Of a stretch of 64,000 bases of DNA, positions 27,925 through 40,510 are shown one piece after another. Location of the stretch: assembly GCA_964016885.1 (NCBI GenBank), contig OZ024740.1, positions 19,282,001 to 19,346,000 of the forward strand, written 5' to 3'. The notes under the pieces were generated by a model that made no database searches, was not told the DNA's origin, and saw only the letters and a list, made by a program, of their open reading frames with translations. The position numbers and the translations under genes are program-made. The DNA is from Eledone cirrhosa (Eukaryota). Numbering within the stretch: the stretch's first letter is position 1; the number at the start of each line of letters is the position of its first letter.

Positions 27925-28518
27925 GTGCTACTGGTAACATGTATCCCAGTACAACCTGTCCCATGGTCGGGTCGTTGGCGACTAAACTGGCAACCCCACC
28001 AAGGTTTCTTGGTGAGGAGGGTGACTTTGGACATCCTGCAGGACTAAAAACAAAACCTGTCAAAAGGCAAAGGAGCTCTTAAGAGTCAATGGCCATCCAA
28101 AATCACCGGGAGAGATGACCCCTTAGCCTTTGTCAAGGCAGAATTCTAGGAGAAGGAAAACTCTGATATAACACCTGCAACCCTGATGGTTTCCAATGAT
28201 GTTGACTTGTTCTTCTTTTTGGTAAATATCATCTTGGTTAAGAGAGTGGGACTGGCTTTGTGCAGTGCCTTTGCTCACTATAAAAGCTTCACAGCACAGG
28301 CATTGCTTTATATCTGGAGATCTCTCTGCACTTGTCGTCACATGGTACCATTGGCCCAGCACTATGTGTCAATAATTGTCACAAGTGTAGTGTTTGTACC
28401 AGAGTTTTCAAGTTGCTGGCTGGACTAAAAAGTCACACTCGTTCAGCGCATCGGTAGGGGTTCTCCTACATGGATATAAAGTAGTGGCCGTACTCGAAAA
28501 CGAGTTGGCAGCCACCAT
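27925..28518 (+). mobile_element. Family A retroposon, near full length
   Basis: Structured head, RTE-type 5'UTR motif TAGGAGAAGGAAAACTCTGA, C2H2-coding tail, RTE-like 3' end. Confidence 0.9.
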
Positions 28519-28523
28519 ATATA

Positions 28524-29413
28524 TACGAGGTGTGTTAGAAAAGTTCTAGGACTGATGTCACGAAAGATTTATTTCAAACCCAAACTTCCCACTAAGAGTT
28601 TTCTCCTTCAAAGTAATCTCCCTGGAGTATGTAACTGAAATCTTAGCACTCTGCAGCGATCAAACTTTTTTCTTCATAATTTTATATACATGTACTCTGT
28701 TTCAGGTCGTAAAGCAATGAGGACAGAGCAACGAACAAACTTGAAGTTTCTAGTACGGTTGGGGAAAACTCCGTCAGAAGCACTGGGATTGCTGCAGCAA
28801 GTCTATGGAGATGAGACGATGTCACGCTCACGTGTTTTTGAGTGGTGCAAGATGACTCCAGGAGCCGAAGGCCCTCAACAACCAGGACTGAGGTCAACGT
28901 TGAGCGCGTCAGTCAGATGGTGCGAAGCGATCGTCGGCTGACTGTTCGACTGATGGCAAATGAGCTGGGCATGAATCGGGACAGCGTCTGGAAGATTCTC
29001 ACTGAAGATTTGGACATGCGGAAAGTCTGAGCGAAGATGGTGCCAAAACTGCTGACCGATGGTCAGAAGGGTCGACGCATGCAAGTGTGCCAGGACATCC
29101 TCGAGCGTCCTAACACCGAACCAGTCTTGCTAGGGACAGTCATCACCGGTGATGAGTCATGGATCTTCGAGTACGACCCGGAGGGTACCCATTTTGAAGA
29201 CGTTGACGACATCGAAAAGGCCGTGACGACGGAACTGCGGAGGATCCCGGAAGAATCTTTCCAGGAGTGCATGCAAGCGTGGCAGAAAAAGATGGACAAG
29301 TGCATTAGACTCCAGGGGGATTACTTTGAAGGAGAAAACACTTAGTGTGAAGTTTGGGTTTGAAATAAATCTTTTGTGACATCAGTCCTGGAACTTTTCT
29401 GACACATCTCGTA
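28524..29413 (+). mobile_element. Mariner-like DNA transposon, internally deleted
   Basis: ~65-bp TIRs (TACGAGGTGTGTTAGAAAAGTT.../...AACTTTTCTGACACATCTCGTA), TA ends; HTH region, ITGDESWIFEYDPE joined to the C-terminal ..GDYFEG. Confidence 0.92.
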
Positions 29414-29431
29414 TATATATATATATATTAT

Positions 29432-29676
29432 GTCGGGTAACTCTTGAGTGCTACTGGTAACATGTAACCCAGTACAACCTGTCATATGGTTGGGTCGTCG
29501 GCGACTAAACCGGCAACCCCACCAAGTTTACTTGGTGAAGAGGGGGATTTTGGACACCCTGCAGGACAAAAAACAAAACTTGACTAGGGGCAGAAGAACT
29601 CATAAGAATCAATGGCCATCCAAAAATGTGTAAATATGTATATACATGTATGTATATGTATGTGTGTATATGTGTA

Positions 29677-29760
<84 letters not shown>

Positions 29761-30152
29761 CGTGTGTGTATATATACATATATGCATGTGTATGTATATG
29801 CGCGGGGACATAGAAATAATCGGGCTGGATACTCGATCGCGCGGTTAAACCACTGGGAGTGAAGGACCCCTAGCCTTTGTCAGGGCATTCTTCTATGAGA
29901 AGGCAACTTAGGAAACTGGGATAACTCCGATATAAAACCTGCGGCTCAGTAGTTACCGATGATGTTGATCGTTTCTTCTTTTCGGGTTATAGCTACTGTC
30001 GCTCAGAGGGTGGGATTGGCTCATTTTACAGTCTTTCCTCACTTAAAAAAAATATCTTCACGCTCAGGCATTGCACGATAGAATTAATTGATAATTATTA
30101 ATAATGGTATATCATGTAATGGCCATACTCGATAACGAGGGGGCAGCCATCA
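29432..30152 (+). mobile_element. Family B retroposon with an internal microsatellite expansion
   Basis: Homologous to 12995-13528; head shared with family A. Confidence 0.8.
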
Positions 30153-30311
30153 TATATATCTATGATATTTGGTAAGCAATCTACCATACATATTTTCTTT
30201 GCACATTTGATCTACCCATACGAAATTTAATTTGACTTATCTTATACATGTATATATTGATAGCCAACATCAACTGAGTAGTTAAGTTTCTCTCGTTTCT
30301 GTTACTTTTAG

Positions 30312-30476
30312 ATCAATGAGATCTTGAAGCAGAAGGAAGCAGATAGATTGGCTGCTCTAGACACACTGAAACGTAACGAGGAGATGTCTCTACTCTTTCA
30401 CCGAAATGAAGAAGAGAAGATTGCCAAAATACGCCAGGATCGAGTGAAACTGAAAGATTTCCACATTAAACAAAAG
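30312..30476 (+). CDS. CFAP210: Internal coding exon (55 aa, phase 0/0) of a CFAP210/CCDC173-like coiled-coil ciliary protein
   Basis: ttactttTAG|ATC...CAAAAG|GTAATT; INEILKQKEADRLAALDTLKRNEEMSLLFHRNEEEKIAKIRQDRVKLKDFHIKQK is a charged coiled coil, in frame with the exon at 43312. Confidence 0.72.
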
Positions 30477-30511
30477 GTAATTGAGCTTCTAAGTTGAAAC
30501 TATATAGGTGT

Positions 30512-30615
<104 letters not shown>

Positions 30616-30619
30616 CCCT

Positions 30620-31539
30620 AATATATAAATAAAAAACCCTAATTAGTAAAATATATCAATTTCAAAGCACCCCCTGCACTGATAGGAAATGCATAGTCTG
30701 CAAGCTAACCCCACAAACTAACTACAAAACTAGAAAGGTAGTATATAGCATAAGATGTACTGAGTGACAGTGTAGGAATAAGAATATAACATACATGGGT
30801 GTAACAGCCCGTAGCATAGGAGAAAGGTTAAGTGAACACTGGTGAGAACTCCAAGATGGGAAAAACTCATCAGTACTCCACCAACATGTCAAAATAGAAG
30901 ATAGGGGCACATTAGAGAACATAGAGATAACAATTATATCCACACACAGAAAAGATGCAATGCTCAGATAGATCACAGAGGTGACAAACATAAACGAACT
31001 CCAACCAAAATTAAACAGAAAACGAGTGGAATAGCAACATCACAACTAGTAATTAAAGACAAAAAAGTCATACAGACACACACAAAAACCTAACTAATAA
31101 AACAAATCAGACACACCCAGATAGAACAAACAACCAACTAGTGACAAATAAATAAATAAAACATAAATAAATAAATAAAGAAACCCAGATGTAACGCATG
31201 CACAAACCCAGATGTAACGCATGCACAAACCAAACACACAACACACAACACACAGCACATAAAAACAAGATAGTGTAGGACAGAACAAAGGAGAGGCACA
31301 AAATAAAAGCCAGTCACTGAGGAGGTCACAGAATGTGTGACGAAAGACCTTTAACAATATATACACAACCATCAGGTTATCGAACCAACAACTCAACCAG
31401 AAATTTATAATAAATTGAAGTGAAAACGAACAGGTGCGTGTGTTTTTATTGGTAGCATGACCCTCCCAAAGTATAACAATACCTGTTTCAACACATGTTT
31501 TCAGATAAGAAATTTTGCAAAACAAATTCAAAAATGAAG

Positions 31540-31540
<1 letters not shown>
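30620..31540 (+). mobile_element. Second Penelope GIY-YIG 3' remnant + pLTR with hammerhead (31313-31355)
   Basis: KVVYSIRCTE..ITYMGVTARSIGERLSEH with stops; homologous to 10024-10812. Confidence 0.82.
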
Positions 31541-31578
<38 letters not shown>

Positions 31579-31629
31579 TTACCTTTTACATATATATATA
31601 ACTATATATATATATATTCATTCTTTCTA

Positions 31630-31950
31630 ACACCGGATTCACTAGCGAAAGGTCTGTTTTCTGACTCGCTCATATATTCACACAGCTTATGCTGAAAGAA
31701 TAACTATGTTGCTTGTGTTTATTTCCATCTTCGGTTAGCTTCCCCCTGTGTTGTTTACTTTTCTTACTCGCTTTACGCGTTTCTATTGTCCTAATAACTT
31801 ATTTTAGTTATTATCGCTCCAACGTGAGGTATATGATTTTTAATGCGATGAAATACCCATGATCGTTTGGTAAATCACTGATGAGGGACTCATTTTATAA
31901 CATGTTATCCATGTGCAACCAGCAGTATTCTTCTCACCCTATTTTTCATA
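31630..31950 (+). repeat. Unclassified dispersed repeat (second copy 38883-39192), TA-flanked
   Basis: Direct similarity between the two copies. Confidence 0.75.
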
Positions 31951-31954
31951 TATA

Positions 31955-32141
31955 TATAACGAAGGAATTGTGGTAAGGAACCAGATGGATCATAACGCAC
32001 CAAAGTGCTCAATACTTAGGGTAGTAGTGTGGGTAATAGGAACAAGTATAACCCCGACGGCAGAGCTCAAGCCGTTTCGACGGCTATTTCTGGACTAGCC
32101 GTTGAAACGGCTTGAGCTCTGCCGTCGGGGTCATACTTGTT

Positions 32142-32145
<4 letters not shown>
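31955..32145. mobile_element. Short TA-flanked fold-back element (family with copies at 8830-8958, 36700-36908, 37420-37480, 51925-52120)
   Basis: Inverted repeat CCCGACGGCAGAGCTCAAGCCGTTTCGACGGCTA../..GAAACGGCTTGAGCTCTGCCGTCGGG. Confidence 0.75.
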
Positions 32146-32194
<49 letters not shown>

Positions 32195-32468
32195 AAGTTC
32201 TATTTAAATTGTTTTGATACAACAAGAAAATATTTTTATAACTGATATAAAGCACTCAACAAATTATTGGAGTAAAAATACGATATATTAACAAATGGAA
32301 TCTATATTTATAATATGATATTTATTTCATTATACATATTTCAAAGGCACCAAGTTAAATTATGATGTACTTTCATTAGATAAAATATAATATATAAATA
32401 TGAATAATGAAATAAATATGGTTTTATAAATATAGTTTCCATCTGTTAATATATCGTATATATATATA

Positions 32469-32520
<52 letters not shown>

Positions 32521-32521
<1 letters not shown>

Positions 32522-32610
32522 CGAGATACGGTCAAGTGGGACAAACCCGTCTAACCCATGCTAGCGTGGAAGATGGACGTTAAAGGATGATGATGATGAT
32601 GATGATGATT
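32521..32610 (+). mobile_element. SINE 3' end with (GAT)n tail
   Basis: AACCCATGCTAGCGTGGAAGATGGACGTTAAAGGATGATGATG. Confidence 0.55.
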
Positions 32611-32633
32611 ATGATACATATATATATGGAAAA

Positions 32634-32776
32634 AAATTTCATTTCTCACTCTTAGTACGGCTGATACCTAAATATAAGTATGTATACGTACGTACATATA
32701 TGTGTACAGACACACAGTAGTATGTATATATATACATACATGCACATATATATATGTACGTATGTGTTTACCGAAC

Positions 32777-32843
<67 letters not shown>

Positions 32844-34772
32844 AGTCTGTACGCGTACATACATATATGTATACAGACGTACAGTAGTATGTATATATAT
32901 ATACATACATCCACACATATATATATGTACGTATGGATTCACCGAACATTTATTATAATGCTCGGTGTGTTTGTAAACAAACATCCCGTATTAAGCCGTA
33001 GTGTCCAGCAACCATTGTTGCTCGTTTGTTCAACACTCACAAAGGAACGCTGTACTAGTTTCAAGCTTATTAGCTATCGTCAGCAACGTATACCTTCCTG
33101 CCAGATTGTTGAACGTATATTCTTACCATATGCATATTAACTACTGAGTAGCCCAATTTCCATATCGAGTGGCTTAATCGGCCGGGTGCACCGAAAAAAA
33201 TAAACGGAAAAAATGAAACGAAATTTCATTTCCCACTCTTAGTACGGCTGTTACTTAAATATAAGTATGTACACGTACATACATATATGTATACAGACGT
33301 ACAGTAGTATGTATATATATATATACATACATGCACACATATATATATGTACGTATGGATTCACCGAACATTTATTATAATGCTCGGTGTGTTTGTAAAC
33401 AAACATCCCGTATTAAGCCGTAGTGTCCAACAACCATCGTTGCTCGTTTGTTCAACACTGATAAAGGAATGCTGTACTAGTTTCAAGCTTATTAGCTATC
33501 GTCAGCAACGTATACCTTCCTGCCAGATTGTTGAACGTATATACTTACCTTATGCATATTAACAGCTGAGTAGCCCAATTTGCATATCGAGTGGGTTAAT
33601 CGGCCGGGTGCACCGAAAACGATAAACAGAAAAAATGAAACGAAATTTCATTTCCCACTCTTAGTACAGCTGTTACTTAAATATAAGTATGTACACGTAC
33701 ATACATATATGTATACAGACGTACAGTAGTATGTATATATATATACATACATCCACACATATATATATGTACGTATGGATTCACCGAACATTTATTATAA
33801 TGCTCGGTGTGTTTGTAAACAAACATCCCGTATTAAGCCGTAGTGTCCAGCAACCATTGTTGCTCGTTTGTTCAACACTCACAAAGGAACGCTGTACTAG
33901 TTTCAAGCTTATTAGCTATCGTCAGCAACGTATACCTTCCTGCCAGATTGTTGAACGTATATTCTTACCATATGCATATTAACTACTGAGTAGCCCAATT
34001 TCCATATCGAGTGGCTTAATCGGCCGGGTGCACCGAAAAAAATAAACGGAAAAAATGAAACGAAATTTCATTTCCCACTCTTAGTACGGCTGTTACTTAA
34101 ATATAAGTATGTACACGTACATACATATATGTATACAGACGTACAGTAGTATGTATATATATATATACATACATGCACACATATATATATGTACGTATGG
34201 ATTCACCGAACATTTATTATAATGCTCGGTGTGTTTGTAAACAAACATCCCGTATTAAGCCGTAGTGTCCAACAACCATCGTTGCTCGTTTGTTCAACAC
34301 TGATAAAGGAATGCTGTACTAGTTTCAAGCTTATTAGCTATCGTCAGCAACGTATACCTTCCTGCCAGATTGTTGAACGTATATACTTACCTTATGCATA
34401 TTAACAGCTGAGTAGCCCAATTTGCATATCGAGTGGGTTAATCGGCCGGGTGCACCGAAAACGATAAACAGAAAAAATGAAACGAAATTTCATTTCCCAC
34501 TCTTAGTACAGCTGTTACTTAAATATAAGTATGTACACGTACATACATATATGTATACAGACGTACAGTAGTATGTATATATATATACATACATGCACAC
34601 ATATAAATATGTACGTATGGATTCACCGAACATTTATTATAATGCTCGGTGTGTTTGTAAACAAACATCCCGTATTAAGCCGTAGTGTCCAGCAACCATC
34701 GTTGCTCGTTTGTTCAACACTGACAAAGGAACGCTGTACTAGTTTCAAGCTTATTAGCTATCGTCAGCAACG
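32634..34772 (+). repeat. Tandem array of a ~421-bp unit (~4.7 copies) with an 842-bp A/B higher-order period
   Basis: Unit starts near 33221, 33643, 34063, 34486; ORFs 33347 and 34189 are identical at offset 842, and 33689/34531 share the same offset. Confidence 0.92.
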
Positions 34773-36180
34773 AGAAGAATAAGCCACTATACTTAGATTT
34801 TGTTGACCTAGAGAAGGCCTTTGTTAGGGTACCCCCATCTGTCATCTGGTGTTCCCTAAGGAAATTAGGTGAGGAGGAATGGCTTGTGAGGACAGTACAA
34901 GCTATGTACAGAGGTGCTGTCAGTAAAGTATGAATAGGAATGGAGTTTAGTGAGGAATTCCAGATACAAGTATGTGTACATCAGGATTCGGTCCTCAGCC
35001 CGCTCTTGTTCATTATAGTCCTCCAAGCCATAACAGAAGAGTTTAAGACTGGATGCCCATGGGAACTTCTCTATGCTAATGATCTGGTTCTTATAGCAGA
35101 ATCAGTAGAGGAGCTAGGGAATAAATTCTGGCTATGGAAACAGCAGTTGGAATCAAGAGGACTGAGAGTAAACATAGCTAAGGCAAAAATGTTGATAAGT
35201 AGAAAAGAGGACAAACCTCTGATTTCATCAGGGAAATGGCCATGTTCAATATGTAGAAAAGGAACTGGTATAAATTACATAAAATGTACGCAACGCAGAC
35301 CTTGGGTACACAAGAGATGTAGTGGGATAGCAGACAAACTAACAAGTAGGGAAAACTACGTATGCAGTAGATGTACAGGGAAAGTTGGCAGTAGTAATCG
35401 CAGTGATAGACACATTTTTCCAATGCAGGTGGGTTCTATAGAAGTGGTTGATAGCTTCCGGTACCTAGGTGATCATATAAGCATGGGAGGGAGGTGTTCC
35501 GAGGCCATAGTATCTAGAATAAGGACGGGTTGGAAGAAGTTTAGGGAGCTGCTTCCTCTGTTGACAAAGAAAGTTTTCTCCCTGCGTACGAAAGGACGGT
35601 TATAAGATGCCTGTGTGAGGTGCGCGATTCTGAATGGTAGTGAGACATGGCCAGCAACTGCAGAGGATATGCGACGGCTGGAGAGAAATGAAGCAAGTAT
35701 GCTCCGCTGGATGTGCAATGTCAATGTGCGTGAACGACCAAGTATAGATGAATTGAGAAAGAAACTGGGTATAAGAGGGATAAGTTGTGGTGTGCAGGAG
35801 AGAAGAACCTCTCTTGTAGTTGTCTCACTAATAAGAGGGCATTTGTTGTACTTTTCCGAGGCACAAAACCAAACTGCATCTCATGTAATTTGACCCTTTC
35901 TCTAATCAATTGCGCTAATATTCTCTCTGCCACTTTCATAACCTGATCCATCAGCTTTAAGCCCCTATAGTTGCTCCTATCCAGAGCATCCCCTTTACCT
36001 TTGTAGCAATTTAGGAGAATACTGCTGCACCAGTCTTTGGGTATGACACCACCGTATATAGCTTGATTGATGATGCGTGCAACCAGTTTAGTGCCTACTT
36101 CTCCTGATGCCTTCATCATCTCAGCAACTATTCCCGACGGTCCAGCAGCCTTACCATTCTTCATTTCCTTAATTGCCTCT
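34772..36180. mobile_element. RTE LINE RT fragment with an internal inversion; Cys-rich PHD-like insert in RT
   Basis: + strand 34772-35805 (FVDLEKA, LLYANDL, CSICRKG..C..WVHKRC..CSRC); - strand 35805-36180 (KAAGPSG, NYRGLKL, MQFGF, RQLQERF). Confidence 0.85.
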
Positions 36181-36492
36181 ATGTATGTATGTATGTATGT
36201 ATGTATGTATGTATGTATGTATGTATGTATGTATGTATGTATGTATGTATGTATGTATGTATGTATCTATATATATAAACAGAGAGAGAGAAATTCGTTT
36301 TCAAATATAAATACTGGAAAGATGTAGGTGGAAAATTTACATCAGCTCAAAATACGATATGTATTGCAATAAACTGTACACAAGGCTACATACAATTAGA
36401 AATATATATGAATTCCTAATGTGCAAGTTTACCCACACGTAGAGCGAATTTTACATTAAATATATTACCAAATACTGTTAATTATATTGTAA

Positions 36493-36538
36493 TTTAATTT
36501 ACATATGTTTCATCCTCAAGGGATTCGTCGGAATTAAA
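36493..36538 (-). ncRNA. Hammerhead motif with CCGACGA core
   Basis: Minus strand: TTTAATT-CCGACGA-ATCC(CTTGA)GGAT-GAAA-CATATG-TA-AATTAAA. Confidence 0.65.
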
Positions 36539-36604
36539 TAACATATAGATACCTCAACAGATTCCTATTGACGCATCCCTTAGGTTGAAACATCTAAATT
36601 AAAT

Positions 36605-36682
<78 letters not shown>

Positions 36683-36927
36683 ATAATTTAATATATAAAT
36701 AGGTAAAGGTTCAGGACCCCGACGGCAGAGCTCTAGCCGTTTCGACGGTTATTTCTGGACTCAAGAGTCCAGAAATAGCCGTCGAAACGGCTTGAGCTCT
36801 GCCGTTGGGGTCCTGAACCTTTTCCTATTACCCACTCTACTACCCAAAGTATTGAGTACTCGTGTGCGTTATGGTCCACCTGGTTCCTTACAACACTTTC
36901 TTCGTTATATATATATATATATATATC

Positions 36928-37383
36928 GAGAGAGTGTAATATGCAGTTACTGTAGGTTTTCCCGAGTGAGCACTTGATGCACAGTCTGTAAAGAGATGTA
37001 GAACTAAGTAAATATAATAATAAAAGGACGATTTGTTATGCCTTCATTACATTTATTGAGTAGTGACACGCGTTTCGCTATTGGTCAGCTCAAGGTTCGA
37101 TCTGTATCGATCTAGCCTGACTCTTGAATCAAAAGCTCGTCGGTAATGACAGAATGAACCTGTTGAGCTTAGAGAGGTCTATAACGATTCACATTCATTT
37201 ATGAGGGTCAGTTAATGTTCATTTTGATTGGTGGTTTTGTTATAAGGGTTGTTTTGGTATGTGTCATAGGTGTGGGTGATAATGACGAGGTGGTGGTGGT
37301 AGGGAGAGATGATTAGTGTGCGTTGTGGGGGTGTGGTGTTTTGGCTGTTTCATAGACATTGTGTATTGCTTTCTGTATACTGT

Positions 37384-37423
<40 letters not shown>

Positions 37424-37720
37424 AAAAGGTTCAGGACCCCGACGGCAGAGCTCAAGCCATTTCGACGGCTATTTCTGAACATATATATAGAGAGAGTGTA
37501 ACTTGGAGTTACTGCAGGTTCACCCGGGTGAGCACTCGATGTTTAGGTTCACTTCAGTGTTGAGGTGTAGAGCTATACAGAGTGTAATATACTGAAAGAA
37601 TAACAAGGACGATTGGTTACTCCTTCATTACATTTATTGGTAGGTGACGCGCGTTTCGCCACTGATCAGCTCAAGGTTTGATCTGAATCGATCTTACCCG
37701 ACTCTATAATCGGCATCTCG
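36928..37720 (-). mobile_element. Two related pLTR-like segments (36928-37150, 37488-37710) with hammerhead 3' halves
   Basis: Minus strand GCGAAACGCGTGTC and GCGAAACGCGCGTC; CCGACGA at 37137-37143; stem I is poor. Confidence 0.55.
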
Positions 37721-38740
37721 ATGGACCCTTTAAAATGTTAGTAGAAAATGAATACATGCTATATGATAAAGTCAGAAGTTCATATGTTGGTCAATATGAA
37801 TTGTATTGATTGGTGGAATAGATCATAGGGATGTATTCGCCTGTAGTGTATGCGGGGTGGATGTGATGATAAGATGTTGGTGACCGTCGCTAGGTTATGA
37901 GTACTCTGAATCGAGGATAGTTAATGTTCGGTGTTGTTTGACTCAACAAAAAGTTTCCTTAGTCGGGTGGCTGGTTTAAGAAAGTTCCTAGGTAAACGGT
38001 TCTTGGAGTAATGATAGTAAATGAGGGAAGAATAACGTGGTCGACTGTACAATAGGGTTTATTTAAAATTTTAACAATTGTTTCATTAGTCCGGTGTGTC
38101 TAAAATTTTTAGACACACCGGACTAATTAGACTTAGGTGGATCTTTGCATATCTACACTATTATTCAGTTTCCATTCTTCCTTAGGTTAACCCGAATATT
38201 TTCACTCCTGTTAAATATACATAGAACCGGTTGAACACATAGCCGTGGTATTTTTTTTTTTTTTGGGGGGGGGGTATCATTATGGAAGATAATATAGGCA
38301 AATTACTACATTGAGGTGCCGTTCTAGTGCATTAGAGTAACTAATAACTAAATTTTATTAATTAGGAATTTAATTAGTATTAACTTCTATATGCTTTGCG
38401 CTTTAGCCAACTGTTAGACTGGCATTCTCACTTTCACTCTACAACATTCCTTGATTCTCATATTCTTATTTTACCCCCATTAGAGATAACTGTAAAGAAT
38501 TCTTTCTTAACGCATGACCAGCCTGGCATCCACAGGTCAAAATGTCATCTTACCCCACCCCCTCTCTTCTACAGGCCAGTTCAGCTCCCCCACCGCTATG
38601 GAGTATTATGATAATAATAGCAATAAAGGAACGATATAACTCTATAGCATCATTTGTATAAATTTGTAATTGATTTGTAATTGATCTGTTAAGGTCACTC
38701 TTGTGAGTATGTCATCAAACATTTTATACATCTCATGTTG

Positions 38741-38818
38741 TATTTTATCTGAAGAAGGCATGCTATAATTTATGTCAAACATAAATTGTTGCATACCCGA
38801 AATATATATAATGAAATA
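38741..38818 (+). ncRNA. Type I hammerhead motif in a short fold-back element (~38615-38865)
   Basis: TATTTTAT-CTGAAGA-long stem II-GAAA-TATATA-TA-ATGAAATA (8-bp stem I). Confidence 0.75.
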
Positions 38819-39187
38819 AAAATAAATAGTGATGCTATAAAGTTATATCTTTCGTTTAGTACTATATATATATATATATATTTGGATTCATCTCGAAAGG
38901 TCTTTTTTCTACGCGCTCATATATTCACCCAGCTTATGCTGACAGAATAACTATGTAGCTTGTGCCCTTCCTATCTACGGTTAGCTTCCCCCTGTGTTGT
39001 TTACTTGTCTCACTCGCTTTACGCGTTTTAATTGTCCTAATAACTTAATTTAGTTATTATTGCACCAACGTGAGGTATATGATTTTTAATGCAATGAAAT
39101 ATCTATGATCGTTGGCAAATCACTGATGAGGGACTCATTTTATAACATGTTATCCATGTGCAACCTGCAGTATTCTTCTCCCCATTT

Positions 39188-39231
<44 letters not shown>

Positions 39232-39234
39232 GCT

Positions 39235-39306
<72 letters not shown>

Positions 39307-39313
<7 letters not shown>

Positions 39314-39605
39314 ATCAAATTTTAGTTTAATACATTTAATTGCTGACGATCGTATTGTATCAATACCAGTGGTGTATCTTTAAGAATGTTCTGAAGACTA
39401 GGATTATAATTACTTGTTTAAACATTGTGTATGCACCGGTGAATCAAGACTATTCTCCGGAAGAAACGATCGTCAGCAAATAAATGTATTAAGCTAAAAT
39501 TTGATTGTTTTATATTTTGTATCTCGGCTCTGTAATACATCTGATAATTTACATTAACCCTTTTCTCTTACTGGCAATTGGGTAGTGGTTAGTACTTCCC
39601 TTTCA
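39307..39605 (+). mobile_element. Short fold-back element with a degenerate hammerhead (39432-39478); relative at 47000-47130 (-)
   Basis: 39307-39354 is inverted at 39466-39512; GAAA-CGATCG-TC-AGCA. Confidence 0.6.
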
Positions 39606-39654
39606 TATATATAATTATATATAACTCATATATAAGTATAAATATTATTATTAT

Positions 39655-39690
<36 letters not shown>

Positions 39691-39698
<8 letters not shown>

Positions 39699-40438
39699 AA
39701 TAACAAAGAACGCCTATAGCATATGCATATCTTTACTTGCTAACATTGTTTCATCCGCACTATAAGTGGGACTCATCAGAGCATAAAGGTTAATTACATA
39801 CCATACAAGCAATAACAAATCCAAGACATTGAAGAATGAAAAATAATAATAGACGATAAAGGATATTAAGGAAGTAAAAGTAAAAATAAAAATAGGAATA
39901 AAAATAAAAATAAAAATAATAAAAATAAAAATAAGATAATAAAATAAACAATGAAAAATAAGGGGTGCTATCAGTCACAGTTGGGCGGGGTGCTGTCAAC
40001 ATATAGTTACATACAAGCATACACATGGATAAGAGAACAGACAAGAGTAGATAAGATAGATAGGATTAGGTAAGAGTAGGTAAAAAATAGGTGAAAAACA
40101 GACTTATAATATATATAAGAAAATATAAAGAAATACATAACAAACTTACATATAAAATATAAAATATACAGATAATAGTGATACAGGGTAAGGAATGAGA
40201 TAAAATAATATAAAATTAAAATTAAAATTATATAAAATAGAACATAATATAATATAATCATAAAATAAGATAAAATAAGATAAAATAAGGTAAACTAAAA
40301 TAAAATAAAATAGACTAAATTAAAATAATATAATATAAGATATAATTAAATGTAATTAAATAAAATAAATGAATAAATAAATAAATAAAATTAAATAAAT
40401 AAATAAAATTAAAATTAAAATTAAAATTAAAATTAAAT

Positions 40439-40478
<40 letters not shown>

Positions 40479-40479
40479 G

Positions 40480-40510
<31 letters not shown>

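Noticed and set aside
31877-31920. CTGATGAG in the repeat at 31630-31950 / 38883-39192 as a hammerhead
   Set aside because: No stem II-GAAA-stem III follows.
36781-36815. GAAA-CGGC..GCCG-TY-GGGG in the 31955/36700/51925 family as a complete hammerhead
   Set aside because: It resembles only the 3' half; no CUGANGA is present in any copy here.
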